A DNA stretch of 63,607 bases, filler included. It is 9 parts of 9 records of this genome, joined end to end, with 100 filler letters (N's around TTAATTAATTAA, not from the genome) between each part and the next. Parts side by side here need not be neighbours in the genome. Positions count along the whole stretch, not along the records: positions 45,902 to 52,749 come from SRR31156797_50118; positions 52,850 to 57,946 come from SRR31156797_50167; positions 58,047 to 63,607 come from SRR31156797_50351; 6 more parts are not named here. One strand, written 5' to 3'. The notes under the pieces were generated by a model. The model was given only the letters and a program-made list of their open reading frames with translations, was not told where the DNA came from and made no database searches. The position numbers were made by a program, and so were the translations under genes. Positions 50,551-61,220 of the stretch are shown here, piece by piece; the stretch's first letter is position 1; every line of letters begins with the position of its first letter.

Positions 50551-51393
50551 ATGAAAAAATGGAACATGGTCATAGACGCGGCCAAATGCGAAGACTGCAA
50601 CAACTGTTTTCTTTCCTGCAAAGACGAATACGTGGACAACTCTTTCCCGGGTTACTCCGAATCGCAGCCGCTCCACGGCCATCGCTGGATAAACATCATG
50701 CGCAAGGAAAGAGGGCGCTATCCCATTGTAGACGCCGTGTACCTGCCCATCCCCTGTATGCATTGTCAAAACGCTCCCTGTGAGAAGGCGGCTGGAGGGG
50801 ATGCGGTATACCGCCGGCAAGACGGCATTGTCATGATAGATCCGGTGAAAGCCAAGGGCCTGAAAGAAATCGTCAAAGCTTGTCCATACAACGCTGTCTG
50901 GTGGAACGACGACTTGAACCTTCCCCAAAAATGTTCTTTTTGCGCGCACCTGCTGGATCAGGGTTGGCCAGAGCCCAGGTGCTCCCAGGCTTGCCCGACG
51001 GGCGCCATTCAAATTCTGTCCATCGAAGATTCGGAAATGCAAGACATAATCGAAAAGGATGAACTGGAAGTTCTTTATCCCGAATATAACACCGGCCCCC
51101 GCGTCTACTACAAGAACCTTTACCGGTATACGGCCTGTTTCATTGCCGGAAGCATAACCGAACAAAAGGATAACAGCCTCGAATGCGCCGAAGGCGTCTC
51201 TGTAAACCTGTTCGACTCCGCCGGCGCCCTGGTCGGGAAAGCAACCACTGACAACTTCGGAGATTTTAGAATTGACCGTTTACCCGAAAACAGCGGCGCG
51301 TACAAGCTGGATTTCCAGTCCCCGGGCCGTCCCGGCAAATCCATGGAAGTTACTCTGACCGAAAGCATTAATGTTGGAGTCATTCAATTATGA
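50551..51393 (+). CDS. Fe-S small subunit, transhydroxylase beta-like
   Basis: 'CEDCNNCFLSCKDE', 'CMHCQNAPC', 'CSFCAH', C-terminal Ig-like 'TDNFGDF'. Confidence 0.88.
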   Translation: MKKWNMVIDAAKCEDCNNCFLSCKDEYVDNSFPGYSESQPLHGHRWINIMRKERGRYPIVDAVYLPIPCMHCQNAPCEKAAGGDAVYRRQDGIVMIDPVKAKGLKEIVKACPYNAVWWNDDLNLPQKCSFCAHLLDQGWPEPRCSQACPTGAIQILSIEDSEMQDIIEKDELEVLYPEYNTGPRVYYKNLYRYTACFIAGSITEQKDNSLECAEGVSVNLFDSAGALVGKATTDNFGDFRIDRLPENSGAYKLDFQSPGRPGKSMEVTLTESINVGVIQL

Positions 51394-51461
51394 GCCCATT
51401 TAAGGCACGAGAGCCGATAACGGTCGTTTTTTCAACCTTGCTCTAAAAAAGGAGGCAGGAA

Positions 51462-52749
51462 ATGGAAAACAAAAACAAGGATAAACTCCAACCGACAAAA
51501 ATCACCCGAAGGCAATTTATCAAGAAAACAGGTCTGGCCGCCGGCGCCGCGGCCGCCGCTGTTTCCGGAGTAAGCGTCTCGCCCCGCCGGGCTTCAGCCG
51601 CAAAGAGGGATTACATCCTTGTCGGCCGGCCCAATCCCTCCACCGGTCCGGTGTCGTCGTTCGGAGAATCGTCGCCCTGGACCGACGAAAGAGCCCTGGC
51701 CGAAATCAACAGGGACGGCGGCATTTTCATCAAGGAAGCCGGTAAGAAGCTGCCGGTGAAAATGAAGATGGTCGACACGGAAAGCGACCCGACAAAAGCC
51801 GCAGAAGTCGCCTCCAGGCTCATCATGAATGAAAAAATCGATCTCATGCTGGCCATGCATACTCCGGCCACCGTCAATCCGGTTTCCGCGGTGTGCGAAC
51901 GATTCGAAGTCCCGTGCATATCCCTGGAATCGCCAATGGAAAACTGGTTGGAAGGCGGGCCTTACAAGTGGTGCTTCCATTCATTCTGGCTGACGGAAAA
52001 AGATTTTTTGCCCGTGTATGTCGGCATGTGGGACCAGCTTAAAACCAACAAAAAAGTCGGCTTTGTCATGAATAACGACCCTGACGGGATCTCGTTCACC
52101 AAGATTTTCGGATCCCGGCTTCCGGAACTGGGATATGAAGTCGTCGACCTTGGAGTTTTCCCCTACGGGCTTCAGGATTTCAGCAACCTGATAACCGCCT
52201 GGAAAAAAGAAAAAGTGGAAATTCTAATCGGCAACGTAATCCCGCCGGACTGGGCTTCCTGTTGGCGGCAGTGCCGTCAGCAAGGCTTTGCACCCAAAAT
52301 AGCCACCATTGGCCGGGCGATATTGTTCCCTTCCGCCGTAGGCGCCTTGGGCGGCGATCTGCCAAACAACCTGGCTTGCGAAATCTGGTGGAGCCCAAAT
52401 CATCCTTTTAAATCATCCCTGACCGGGTACGGCAGCCGGGATCTTTGCGACGCCTGGACCGCGGAAACCGGCAAGCAGTGGACCCAGCCCATCGGCTTCA
52501 AATACGCGGGTTGGGAAATCGTGGCAGATGTCCTCAAGAGAACGGACAGTCTGGATAAAAAGGCCATTCGCAAATCCATTGCAGAAACAGACCTCGACAC
52601 CATGGTCGGACATATTAAATACAATAGCCAACACTACTGCCGCACTCCGCTGGTGGGCGGCCAGTGGGTCAAGGGGACCAAATTCCCCTGGGAACTTAAG
52701 ATAGTTTACAACGAGCATCACCCGGATATTGCCTTGACCGGCAAACTGA
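51462..52749 (+). CDS. TAT-exported ABC substrate-binding protein (LIV-type fold), 3'-truncated
   Basis: 'ITRRQFIK', 'DTESDP', 'WWSPNHPF', 'QWTQP'. Confidence 0.88.
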
Positions 52750-52849
52750 NNNNNNNNNNNNNNNNNNNNNNNNNNNNNNNNNNNNNNNNNNNNTTAATTA
52801 ATTAANNNNNNNNNNNNNNNNNNNNNNNNNNNNNNNNNNNNNNNNNNNN
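52750..52849. other. Artificial contig spacer 7
   Basis: N44-TTAATTAATTAA-N44. Confidence 0.99.
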
Positions 52850-53437
52850 TTTTACCAAATGCTGGCAATCGTCGAAAGTACCATCTATTTCAATTGCGGT
52901 AATATTTTTTCCAAGGGTTGTAAATTGCGATTCCTGTATATTACTTACTTTTCCTTTCGGATAAAGTACATAAACATGAATACCATCTACATCCAAAAAT
53001 CCATTGGCAACGGCACTTCCGGTATCGCCCGAGGTAGCAACTAAAACATTTACAGTATTTTCTTTTTCACCAAGAAAATGATTAAGTAAGCGGGCCATAA
53101 AACGAGCTCCCACATCTTTAAATGCAAGTGTTGGACCATGAAAAAGTTCGAGCGAATAAATATTATCAGTAACCTCAACAACCGGACAATCGAACTGTAA
53201 AGTATCAAAAACAATCTCCTTCAGTTTGTTTTCCTCAATGTCTTCACCAAAAAACTTTTTTGCAACTTCAAACGCAATTTCCTGAAACGTAAGGTTATGA
53301 ATCTCATCAAAAAAAGAAGGTTCGAATTTATTAATCCGTTCGGGCATAAAAAGTCCGTTATCGGCGGCAAGTCCTTTTACTACCGCTTCTTTTAACGAAA
53401 CCGGTGGTGTATTTTTATTTGTACTGTAATATTTCAT
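52850..53437 (-). CDS. thrC: Threonine synthase, 3'-truncated
   Basis: 'ELFHGPTLAFKD', 'ATSGDTG'. Confidence 0.97.
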
Positions 53438-53443
53438 ATTTAA

Positions 53444-53485
53444 AATCGTAAGTCTGAAGTCAAAAGTAAAAAGTCAAAGGTAAAT
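53444..53485. repeat. Degenerate 7-mer tandem repeat
   Basis: aatcgta agtctga agtcaaa agtaaaa agtcaaa ggtaaat. Confidence 0.6.
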
Positions 53486-53574
53486 CTGATTCCTCCTTAA
53501 TACCGGTTTTATAAATATTAAAGTTTTAATAATGAGTTACTCACTTTTTAAAACAATCCGGATTCTACGGGTAT

Positions 53575-54783
53575 TTACAAATTCAAAAACGTTTTTATAA
53601 ACTCATCGCCTTTTAAAACACCAAGCGAACCCTTTTCCACATCAAATTCATCATAAACAATGGTGCTATCTGGTTCAATTCCTTTTTTATAAATAATAAA
53701 AGGAACAGCATCGCGGGTATGCGTTTTTAAGGCGCACGGCGTTGGATGATCGGGTAAAATAGCAATTGCCACTTCCTCTTCCATTTTAGAAGTCTCTTCA
53801 ATAATATATTTTACTACCCGTTGATCGAGATACTCGATAGTTTTTGTTTTAAGTTCTACATCTCCTTCATGTCCGGCCTCATCGCTGGCTTCAATATGTA
53901 AATATACCAAATCATTTTCTTTCAGAGCATCGACTGCTGCTTTTGCTTTCCCTTCATAATTTGTATCATACAATCCGGTAGCACCTTCCACATGAATCAC
54001 TTTCATTCCTGCATAAACTCCTATTCCGTGGATTAAATCGACGGCAGAAATAACAGCAGAATTTTCAACACCAAACATTTCTTTTAAAGTAGGCATTGCC
54101 GGTTTATATCCCGGCGACCATGGCCAAATACTATTGGCCGGGTCTTTCCCTTCTGCCTTGCGTTTCAAATTTACCGGATGATTTTCCAGTAATTTCTGCG
54201 ATTTTAAAATCAAATTATTGAGTAATTCGGTTGTTTCCTTTGCTTTTTCTGATTTTGATTTAATCAATACATCTTTAAACGGAGTTCCCGGAACATCGTG
54301 TGGTGGAGTGCAGGCCATCTCTTTTACACCATTTTTAATAACCAGCAAATGACGATACGAAACTCCCGGATAAAACGTAATAATTTCGTCTCCCAGCTTT
54401 TCATTCAGAAAATGAATTAGTTCAGTAGCTTCTTCATTAGAAATATGCCCGGCAGAATGATTTTTAATTTTTTCATTTTCAATGGTAATCAGGTTACACC
54501 GTAAACCTAAATCGTTGGATTGCAGCTCAATTCCCATACTGGCAGCTTCAAGCACTCCCCTTCCTTCAAATACTTTTTCAACATTGTACCCCAAAACGGC
54601 CATATTTGCAATTTCACTTCCCGGATGCATTGTATCAGGAACCGTGATTAACCGACCTGCCTGTCCGTTTTTTGCCAGCCAGTCGATATTTGGTTTATTC
54701 GCCATTTGAAGTGGAGTTTTGCCTCCGTAATTTGCCAACGGTTCGTCTGACATTCCGTCGCCAAGAATTATTATGTGTTTCAT
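53575..54783 (-). CDS. Cofactor-independent phosphoglycerate mutase-family (ApgM-like) protein, proposed homoserine kinase
   Basis: 'ILGDGMSD', 'GSEIAN', 'EASDEAGHEG', 'PDHPTP', 'HT'; lies between thrA and thrC. Confidence 0.9.
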   Translation of the reverse strand: MKHIIILGDGMSDEPLANYGGKTPLQMANKPNIDWLAKNGQAGRLITVPDTMHPGSEIANMAVLGYNVEKVFEGRGVLEAASMGIELQSNDLGLRCNLITIENEKIKNHSAGHISNEEATELIHFLNEKLGDEIITFYPGVSYRHLLVIKNGVKEMACTPPHDVPGTPFKDVLIKSKSEKAKETTELLNNLILKSQKLLENHPVNLKRKAEGKDPANSIWPWSPGYKPAMPTLKEMFGVENSAVISAVDLIHGIGVYAGMKVIHVEGATGLYDTNYEGKAKAAVDALKENDLVYLHIEASDEAGHEGDVELKTKTIEYLDQRVVKYIIEETSKMEEEVAIAILPDHPTPCALKTHTRDAVPFIIYKKGIEPDSTIVYDEFDVEKGSLGVLKGDEFIKTFLNL

Positions 54784-54795
54784 TTTTTTAATATT

Positions 54796-54830
54796 AGATG
54801 CAAGAATCAAGACACAAGACACCAGACCAG
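54796..54830. repeat. Degenerate 7-mer tandem repeat
   Basis: agatgca agaatca agacaca agacacc agaccag. Confidence 0.6.
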
Positions 54831-54887
54831 AACTTAATCATATTTAGTATTTCTGCTAACCTCTTTTATCTTGAATGAATTTCATTT

Positions 54888-57311
54888 TTAAATATTCGAT
54901 ACTTTTATTAAATCGGCAAAAACTCCGGCTGCTGTAACTGAAGCACCTGCTCCGTATCCTTTTATCAGCATTGGGAATTCCTGATAACGTTCAGTGGTAT
55001 ACATTACCAGGTTATTACTGCCTTCCAAATCATAAAACGGATGCATTGAATTAACTTCCTGCAGTCCTACTTCTGCTTTTCCATTTTCGAAACGGGCAAC
55101 AAAACGCCACTTTTTATTTTCCTTTTCAAGAATTTTCCGTTTTGTTTCGAAATTGTCATCCAATTCCGGAATTTTTTTCCAAAATGCTTCCAGCGAACCT
55201 TCAAAGAAATCATCAGGTACAAAACGTTTCATTTTAATATCCTCCATTTCCAATGCATAGCCCGACTCACGTGCCAGAATTAAAATTTTACGTGCAACAT
55301 CTACTCCACTTAAATCGATTCGCGGATCGGGCTCTGAAAAACCTTCCTCCTGGGCCATTTTTATTGTTCTACTTAATGGAATTTTTTCAGAAATGGTATT
55401 AAAAATATAATTAAGAGTACCCGACAAAACCGCTTCAATTTTTAAGATTGTATCGCCCGAATTAACTAAATCATTCAACGTGTTTATTATTGGTAAACCG
55501 GCACCAACATTTGTTTCGAAGAGGAATTTTACTCCTTTTCGTTTTGCTGTCTTTTTCAAATCCTGATAATTTTCGAATGAAGAGGAAGCAGCAACTTTAT
55601 TTGCAGTAACCACTGAAATATTTGCATTCAGAATTTGTTTATAATATTGAGCTACTGTATCGGATGCGGTACAATCCACAAAAACTGCATTGTATATATT
55701 CATCCTTTTCATTTCATTTACAAACTCTTGTAAATCCGATTTTTTATCCGATTCATCCAGGTTTTCTTTAAACGATTTTATATCCAGGCCATCGCGATTA
55801 AAAACCATTTTTCTGGAATTGGCAACTCCGGTCAATTTCATTTTTAAATGTTTCTCTTTCAGCAGTTTTTCCTGTTGCCCCTTCAATTGTTTCAGCAGGT
55901 CTCCTCCCACCGTCCCAATTCCCATCAAGAAAACATTCAACTCTACATTCTCTGAAAGGAAAAAAGATTCGTGAACCACATTTAATGTTTTTCGCAATTC
56001 ACGACTTTCAACTACCCACGAAATATTTAGTTCGGAAGCTCCCTGTGCAATGGCAATTACGTTAACTCCGCTTTTCCCCATTGTTGAAAAAAGCTTACCG
56101 GCAATTCCGGTAGTATGTTTCATATTTTCGCCAACAATTGCAACAATAGAAAGTTCGCTTTCAACAGCAACTTTGCTTATCTGCCCCGAATTAATTTCCT
56201 TCTCAAACTCCTCGCTAATAGCATTTTCAGCCAGTTCCAATGCGTGTTCATCAATGGCAACACTTATTGAATTCTCGGAAGATGCCTGTGAAATAAGAAT
56301 CACATTTACATCTACTTTTGCCAAAGCTGAAAATAGTCGCATTGAGATACCGGTAACTCCTACCATTCCAATTCCCTGCAATGTAATCAGTGTAATTCCC
56401 GAAATTGAAGAAATCCCTTTAATCGGCCGTTCTTTCCCGTTTTCGGTAGTTTTAATAATCCAGGTACCATCATTTTCAGGTTCAAATGTATTTTTAATTT
56501 GAATGGGAATACCTTTCTGATAAACCGGTAAAATGGTCGGCGGATAGATCACTTTTGCCCCGAAATGCGACAATTCCATAGCTTCGGAATACGTCAGTTT
56601 TGGAATTGTATATGCTTTTCGAATCACTCTCGGATCGGCAGTCATAAAACCATTTACATCGGTCCATATTTCAAGCACATCTACTTCGAGAGCAGCCGCC
56701 AGAATTGCAGCCGTAAAATCGGAGCCACCTCTTCCTAAGGTTGTAAATTCACCTTTGCTGTTTTTTGAAATAAAACCAGGAACTACAGCAACACCCGAAA
56801 AACCGGAAAATGTATCCGTTATTTTCTGATTGGTAACCTTAAAATTAACCGTTGCTTTTCCGAAATTGCTATCTGTTTCAATAAATGTAGTTGAGTCTTT
56901 GCGCACTGCACCAGGAATAAACTCTGCTACTATGTGCGAAGAAATACGTTCTCCTATCCCGGCAATTCGGTCGAGGGTTTTAACCGTTAATTCACCAACC
57001 AGAGTAATCCCGGTAAGTATTTGTTCCAATTCATCTAAAAGTTCATCTACCGTATTTTTTATTGCAGTGTGTCCATTAAAAAGCTCCTGAATGGTTTGCT
57101 GATGAATGCTTTTTATTTCTGTTAATTGCGTATGAAAGTTTCCCGTTCCCGTTGAAGCCAGGTGAGCTGCTTTTAATATTTTATCGGTAATTCCGCCCAA
57201 AGCAGAAACTACTACAATTACATCGTCGTTCTGATTTATAACAATTTCTTTAACCCGCTTAATGTTTTCGGCCGATCCAACTGAAGTGCCGCCAAACTTC
57301 AAAACTTTCAT
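54888..57311 (-). CDS. thrA: Bifunctional aspartokinase/homoserine dehydrogenase
   Basis: 'KFGGTSV', 'LGRGGSD', two ACT domains, 'GIGTVGG', 'ETNVGAGLP'. Confidence 0.98.
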   Translation of the reverse strand: MKVLKFGGTSVGSAENIKRVKEIVINQNDDVIVVVSALGGITDKILKAAHLASTGTGNFHTQLTEIKSIHQQTIQELFNGHTAIKNTVDELLDELEQILTGITLVGELTVKTLDRIAGIGERISSHIVAEFIPGAVRKDSTTFIETDSNFGKATVNFKVTNQKITDTFSGFSGVAVVPGFISKNSKGEFTTLGRGGSDFTAAILAAALEVDVLEIWTDVNGFMTADPRVIRKAYTIPKLTYSEAMELSHFGAKVIYPPTILPVYQKGIPIQIKNTFEPENDGTWIIKTTENGKERPIKGISSISGITLITLQGIGMVGVTGISMRLFSALAKVDVNVILISQASSENSISVAIDEHALELAENAISEEFEKEINSGQISKVAVESELSIVAIVGENMKHTTGIAGKLFSTMGKSGVNVIAIAQGASELNISWVVESRELRKTLNVVHESFFLSENVELNVFLMGIGTVGGDLLKQLKGQQEKLLKEKHLKMKLTGVANSRKMVFNRDGLDIKSFKENLDESDKKSDLQEFVNEMKRMNIYNAVFVDCTASDTVAQYYKQILNANISVVTANKVAASSSFENYQDLKKTAKRKGVKFLFETNVGAGLPIINTLNDLVNSGDTILKIEAVLSGTLNYIFNTISEKIPLSRTIKMAQEEGFSEPDPRIDLSGVDVARKILILARESGYALEMEDIKMKRFVPDDFFEGSLEAFWKKIPELDDNFETKRKILEKENKKWRFVARFENGKAEVGLQEVNSMHPFYDLEGSNNLVMYTTERYQEFPMLIKGYGAGASVTAAGVFADLIKVSNI

Positions 57312-57335
57312 TTTTATTCTATTTAATATGGTTAT

Positions 57336-57374
57336 AAAAAAACTGGATGAAACGACAGTCGCCGTTCATCCAGT
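57336..57374 (-). terminator. Rho-independent terminator after recA
   Basis: ACTGGATGAA...TTCATCCAGT followed by a U-tract on the minus strand. Confidence 0.75.
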
Positions 57375-57400
57375 AAACTCTGCCTGTTCTATTTTTATTC

Positions 57401-57946
57401 TTATTCGATTGTTGCTTTTCCCGTTAAGGTTTCCAGTATTTTTGTTTCGAGCTCCTGTGCCAACTCAGGATTGTCAATTATCAATTTACGCACTGTTTCG
57501 CGCCCCTGACCTAACCTCGTTTCTCCGTAACTAAACCAGGAACCACTCTTTTTAACAATATTAAGCTGAACACCCAAATCAATAATTTCTCCTGATTTTG
57601 AAATTCCTTCGCCATAAATTATGTCAAATTCAGCTTTTCGGAAAGGTGGTGCCACTTTGTTTTTCACAACTTTCACACGTACATTATTTCCCTGCACTTC
57701 GTCACCATCTTTTATTTGTCCAATTCGTCGAATATCTAAACGAACCGAAGCATAAAATTTCAATGCATTTCCTCCGGTTGTTGTTTCCGGGTTGCCAAAC
57801 ATAACACCAATTTTTTCGCGCAACTGGTTAATAAAAACACAACATGTTTTTGTTTTGTTGATGTTGGCGGTAAGTTTACGCAGTGCCTGAGACATTAACC
57901 GGGCTTGTAAACCCATTTTAGAATCTCCCATTTCACCTTCCAGTTC
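57401..57946 (-). CDS. recA: Recombinase RecA, 5'-truncated
   Basis: '[10 protein letters not shown]', '[16 protein letters not shown]'. Confidence 0.98.
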   Translation of the reverse strand, partial: ELEGEMGDSKMGLQARLMSQALRKLTANINKTKTCCVFINQLREKIGVMFGNPETTTGGNALKFYASVRLDIRRIGQIKDGDEVQGNNVRVKVVKNKVAPPFRKAEFDIIYGEGISKSGEIIDLGVQLNIVKKSGSWFSYGETRLGQGRETVRKLIIDNPELAQELETKILETLTGKATIE

Positions 57947-58046
57947 NNNNNNNNNNNNNNNNNNNNNNNNNNNNNNNNNNNNNNNNNNNNTTAATTAATT
58001 AANNNNNNNNNNNNNNNNNNNNNNNNNNNNNNNNNNNNNNNNNNNN
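57947..58046. other. Artificial contig spacer 8
   Basis: N44-TTAATTAATTAA-N44. Confidence 0.99.
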
Positions 58047-58556
58047 AAACGTCCAGTCATAGTCATCCACGATTACATTGAATTCTTCAGCCAGGCCGTG
58101 AAATGAAAAACCGGCGTTAATGATCTTGCCTTTTTTCAAGGCATCATCCAGGAACTCAATCACACCATTGGCCTTTGCCTTTTCCCAGCCTTCTCCCCCT
58201 AGACCGTGAACAAGATAATAGTCAATGCGGTCGGTTTTCAGCTTGGTTAGCTGTTCATCCAGAATCCTGTCCATATCCGCCTTGGAATTAGTGCTCCAGT
58301 GGGGCAGTTTGGTCGCGATTTTCAACTGGTCGCGGCATCCGTTCCTTGAAAAAACCTTGCCCAGAAACGGTTCGCTTTTTCCACTGTGGTAGGGATAAGC
58401 TGTATCATAATAATTAACGCCCCGCTCCAAGGCGTACATGATCTGCTTTTCGGCCAGTTTTTCGTTAATTGAATTCATTCTTACTGGAAGCCTCATGCAG
58501 CCGTACCCCAGTATGGAAAGCTTGTCACCGTTTTTGGGTACTTCTCGATATAGCAT
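58047..58556 (-). CDS. Aldo/keto reductase, 3'-truncated
   Basis: 'LGYGCMRLP', 'NYYDTAYPY', 'ATKLP', 'GFSFH'. Confidence 0.93.
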
Positions 58557-58597
58557 TATTATTCTCCTTTTCTCATGTACGCCTAATCTAAACCCCG

Positions 58598-60418
58598 TTA
58601 TATTCGGTATTCATCTCCAACCAATCCCAGGGATTCGAGTTTTGAGGTATTGGGCATGGATGTTTCAGGGTTCCAATCGCGCTTGGTGTAAAATTCATCC
58701 ATCATGGTTTTGAATTGGTCTCGAGTTAACACCGCGCCTTTTTTGTCTCCCACGGTCAGGGGCTCTTCAAAAAACCTGTCCGGTATTACGTCATCATTCC
58801 TGGTGAATCCTTCACGATAATTAAACAGCTTTTCCAGGTTGTAGATTCGCTCGCCTGTCAGCATGGGATTTCCTTTGGATGTACTCCCCGTGATGCCGCT
58901 CATCAGTTTGCCTATAAGAGCGCCGTCCATACCGTACCCGCCCAGGGCGAAAAGGCAGACTCCGATAGAATCCGCCAGGGCGATCAGATTCTGCTGGTCA
59001 ATGCTCGTTCCGTTCAGATGACAGGCTCCCCTGTTAGCCGTGGCATAGCACATGGCCCGGGGCGGATTGGCATGGCAATTATGGGCTGCCAGTTCATGAC
59101 CTTTGACATGCATGGCGAACTTGTGGGAATCCTGCCCGATTTTATCGGCCAGGTTTTTTACTCCCTTTGAAGCAAGGTCGCCGATGCCTTTTCTGGCCGC
59201 AATCAGGTGTATCATTTCAATTGTCGCCTCGACGCTGCCCCACTTCAAATCAATGCCGTCCAGGAACTTTTTATCGATCAACTTTTTATCATAGGCTTCC
59301 ATGAGAAAACCGATGACATTGCCGAGGGAGATGATATCGAGGCCGTAGTCGTCGGCAATATAAATGGCTTTCATCATGCCTGGCAGGTCGGAAATCATGA
59401 GGTTGGCGCCGAGCATGGTTCCGGTTTCATACTCGGGTCCGTCATGGACCAGGCCGGCAAATGGACTGTCCGTGGTCTTGCCGCTTTTTTTACAGGCCAG
59501 CGGGCAACAGTAACAAGCAAATGATCTGACCCAGGTTTTCATGGATGCCTTGACCCCGATCTTTTCGACCTCGGTAAAGGTTCCTTCTCGAAAGTTTTTA
59601 ACAGCCTGGATCCCGAGCCCGGACAGATGCTCCAGGCCCGCGGTTGTGCCAGCCGCACGCCATCTGCCGTAAATTTTCGGATCCTTGAATTTTTGACGGG
59701 CTTCTTCAAGCGCTTCCAGGAACAGCTTTTGATTGCCTAGTTCGGGTTGACCCGTGCCTCTTACCGCCACTGCCTTGAGGTTCTTGCTCCCCATGACGCA
59801 GCCGGTTCCGCCGCGTCCGGCCGCCCTGGCGGCTGTATTCAGAATGCAGGCATATTCAACCAGGTTTTCTCCGGCAGGTCCGATATAACAGGTTCGAAAT
59901 CTTTGATCGCCGAGTTCCTTGAGAAAGTCCTTGTCAAACTGGTCGGTCCCCATGCCCCAATACTTTTTTGCATCCCTGATTTCGATTTTGTCGTCATCGA
60001 TATATAAATAGACAGGAGCGGCGGCCTTGCCGGTTATGACCAGCCCGTCATAGCCGGCGAACCTGATTTCCGGACCGAAAAAACCGCCCATATTGGCGAA
60101 GCTCACTGTGGATGCATGGCTGTATCGGGATTCTTTGGGGGATGTATGAGGCGACTTGGTCACCACGCACGTTCTTGATGAAGAAGGAGCGGGAAATCCG
60201 GAGAACGGCCCGCACATAAACATAAGCGGGTTATCCGGACCAAGCGGATCCGTCCCGGGTTTGTCTTTCAACCTGTCCCATAAGAGTTTGACTCCCAAAC
60301 CTCTCCCACCCACATAATTCATGAGGTCGACGGGATTTATCGCCTTTTTTTCTATTTTGCCGGAACTCAGATCGACATCCAGTATGACGCCGTTATAGCC
60401 TTTTATTTTGCTTGTCAT
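58598..60418 (-). CDS. Aldehyde:ferredoxin oxidoreductase (W/Mo AOR family)
   Basis: 'YVGGRGLG', 'KSP', 'AGRGG.G.VMGSKNLKA', 'CYCCPLAC', 'GPEYET', 'NRGACH'. Confidence 0.93.
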   Translation of the reverse strand: MTSKIKGYNGVILDVDLSSGKIEKKAINPVDLMNYVGGRGLGVKLLWDRLKDKPGTDPLGPDNPLMFMCGPFSGFPAPSSSRTCVVTKSPHTSPKESRYSHASTVSFANMGGFFGPEIRFAGYDGLVITGKAAAPVYLYIDDDKIEIRDAKKYWGMGTDQFDKDFLKELGDQRFRTCYIGPAGENLVEYACILNTAARAAGRGGTGCVMGSKNLKAVAVRGTGQPELGNQKLFLEALEEARQKFKDPKIYGRWRAAGTTAGLEHLSGLGIQAVKNFREGTFTEVEKIGVKASMKTWVRSFACYCCPLACKKSGKTTDSPFAGLVHDGPEYETGTMLGANLMISDLPGMMKAIYIADDYGLDIISLGNVIGFLMEAYDKKLIDKKFLDGIDLKWGSVEATIEMIHLIAARKGIGDLASKGVKNLADKIGQDSHKFAMHVKGHELAAHNCHANPPRAMCYATANRGACHLNGTSIDQQNLIALADSIGVCLFALGGYGMDGALIGKLMSGITGSTSKGNPMLTGERIYNLEKLFNYREGFTRNDDVIPDRFFEEPLTVGDKKGAVLTRDQFKTMMDEFYTKRDWNPETSMPNTSKLESLGLVGDEYRI

Positions 60419-60442
60419 GATTTTAATCCTTTCCCGACCGGT

Positions 60443-61135
60443 TTATTCCGAAACGCCGTACCATTCGCCAATCAGGTTTTGAGCAATTTGGTCCGGCTTC
60501 AAGGCGTAAAACTTTTTACTGGTATCGACCTTGACCCGGGACAACGCTCCGAACGGACAATACTTGACGCACTGGGGATCGCCGTTGCACAATGTGCACA
60601 TCCGCTCGGGCATGGATGTTTCCGGATTCGGGACTATAACTCCGACCCGGCAGGCTTCGGCGCAGCTTTCACAACCAATGCACCTGTCAGGATCGTTTGT
60701 AATCACCCGGGTTTTGCGATCCCGGTACAAAGCGCGACGACCGGTGACCGGATCGGGATCGACCGGACAGGCTTCAATACATGGATTATCCGGACACATG
60801 GCGCAAACCGCGGGCACATCCACGTCCGGGTTGAAACCATACACCTTGATATTCGATAAGTAAGGGTTGCCGGCGCCGTTTAATAATTCGCCATTGACCT
60901 TTTCAGGATGATTGTACGCCGAGCAGACGGTTTCGCAGGTCCGACAGCCAGTGCACTTGTTATAATCCACTAAAATCATGGTGATTTCGGCTTCGCCTTC
61001 CCGCGCACGGGCTGTTGAAAAAACGCCCCAGCCGCTGCTGAGAAAAAGCGCTCCACCCCCAATAGCCATGCCTTGCATGAATTTCCTGCGGGTCAAACCC
61101 GATCCGTAATTTGGGGAACTTTTTATATTGGACAT
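60443..61135 (-). CDS. TAT-signal 4x[4Fe-4S] ferredoxin-like subunit
   Basis: 'LTRRKFMQ'; CTGCRTCETVC, CAMCPDNPC, CIGCESCAEAC, CTLC..CP. Confidence 0.9.
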   Translation of the reverse strand: MSNIKSSPNYGSGLTRRKFMQGMAIGGGALFLSSGWGVFSTARAREGEAEITMILVDYNKCTGCRTCETVCSAYNHPEKVNGELLNGAGNPYLSNIKVYGFNPDVDVPAVCAMCPDNPCIEACPVDPDPVTGRRALYRDRKTRVITNDPDRCIGCESCAEACRVGVIVPNPETSMPERMCTLCNGDPQCVKYCPFGALSRVKVDTSKKFYALKPDQIAQNLIGEWYGVSE

Positions 61136-61220
61136 ATTTTCCTCCAGTTAAGGGTTATTAATTAACCTATCCGTAACTATTCTGCGGATGACGCTATTTT
61201 TTTGTTTCTACAACACGGCC

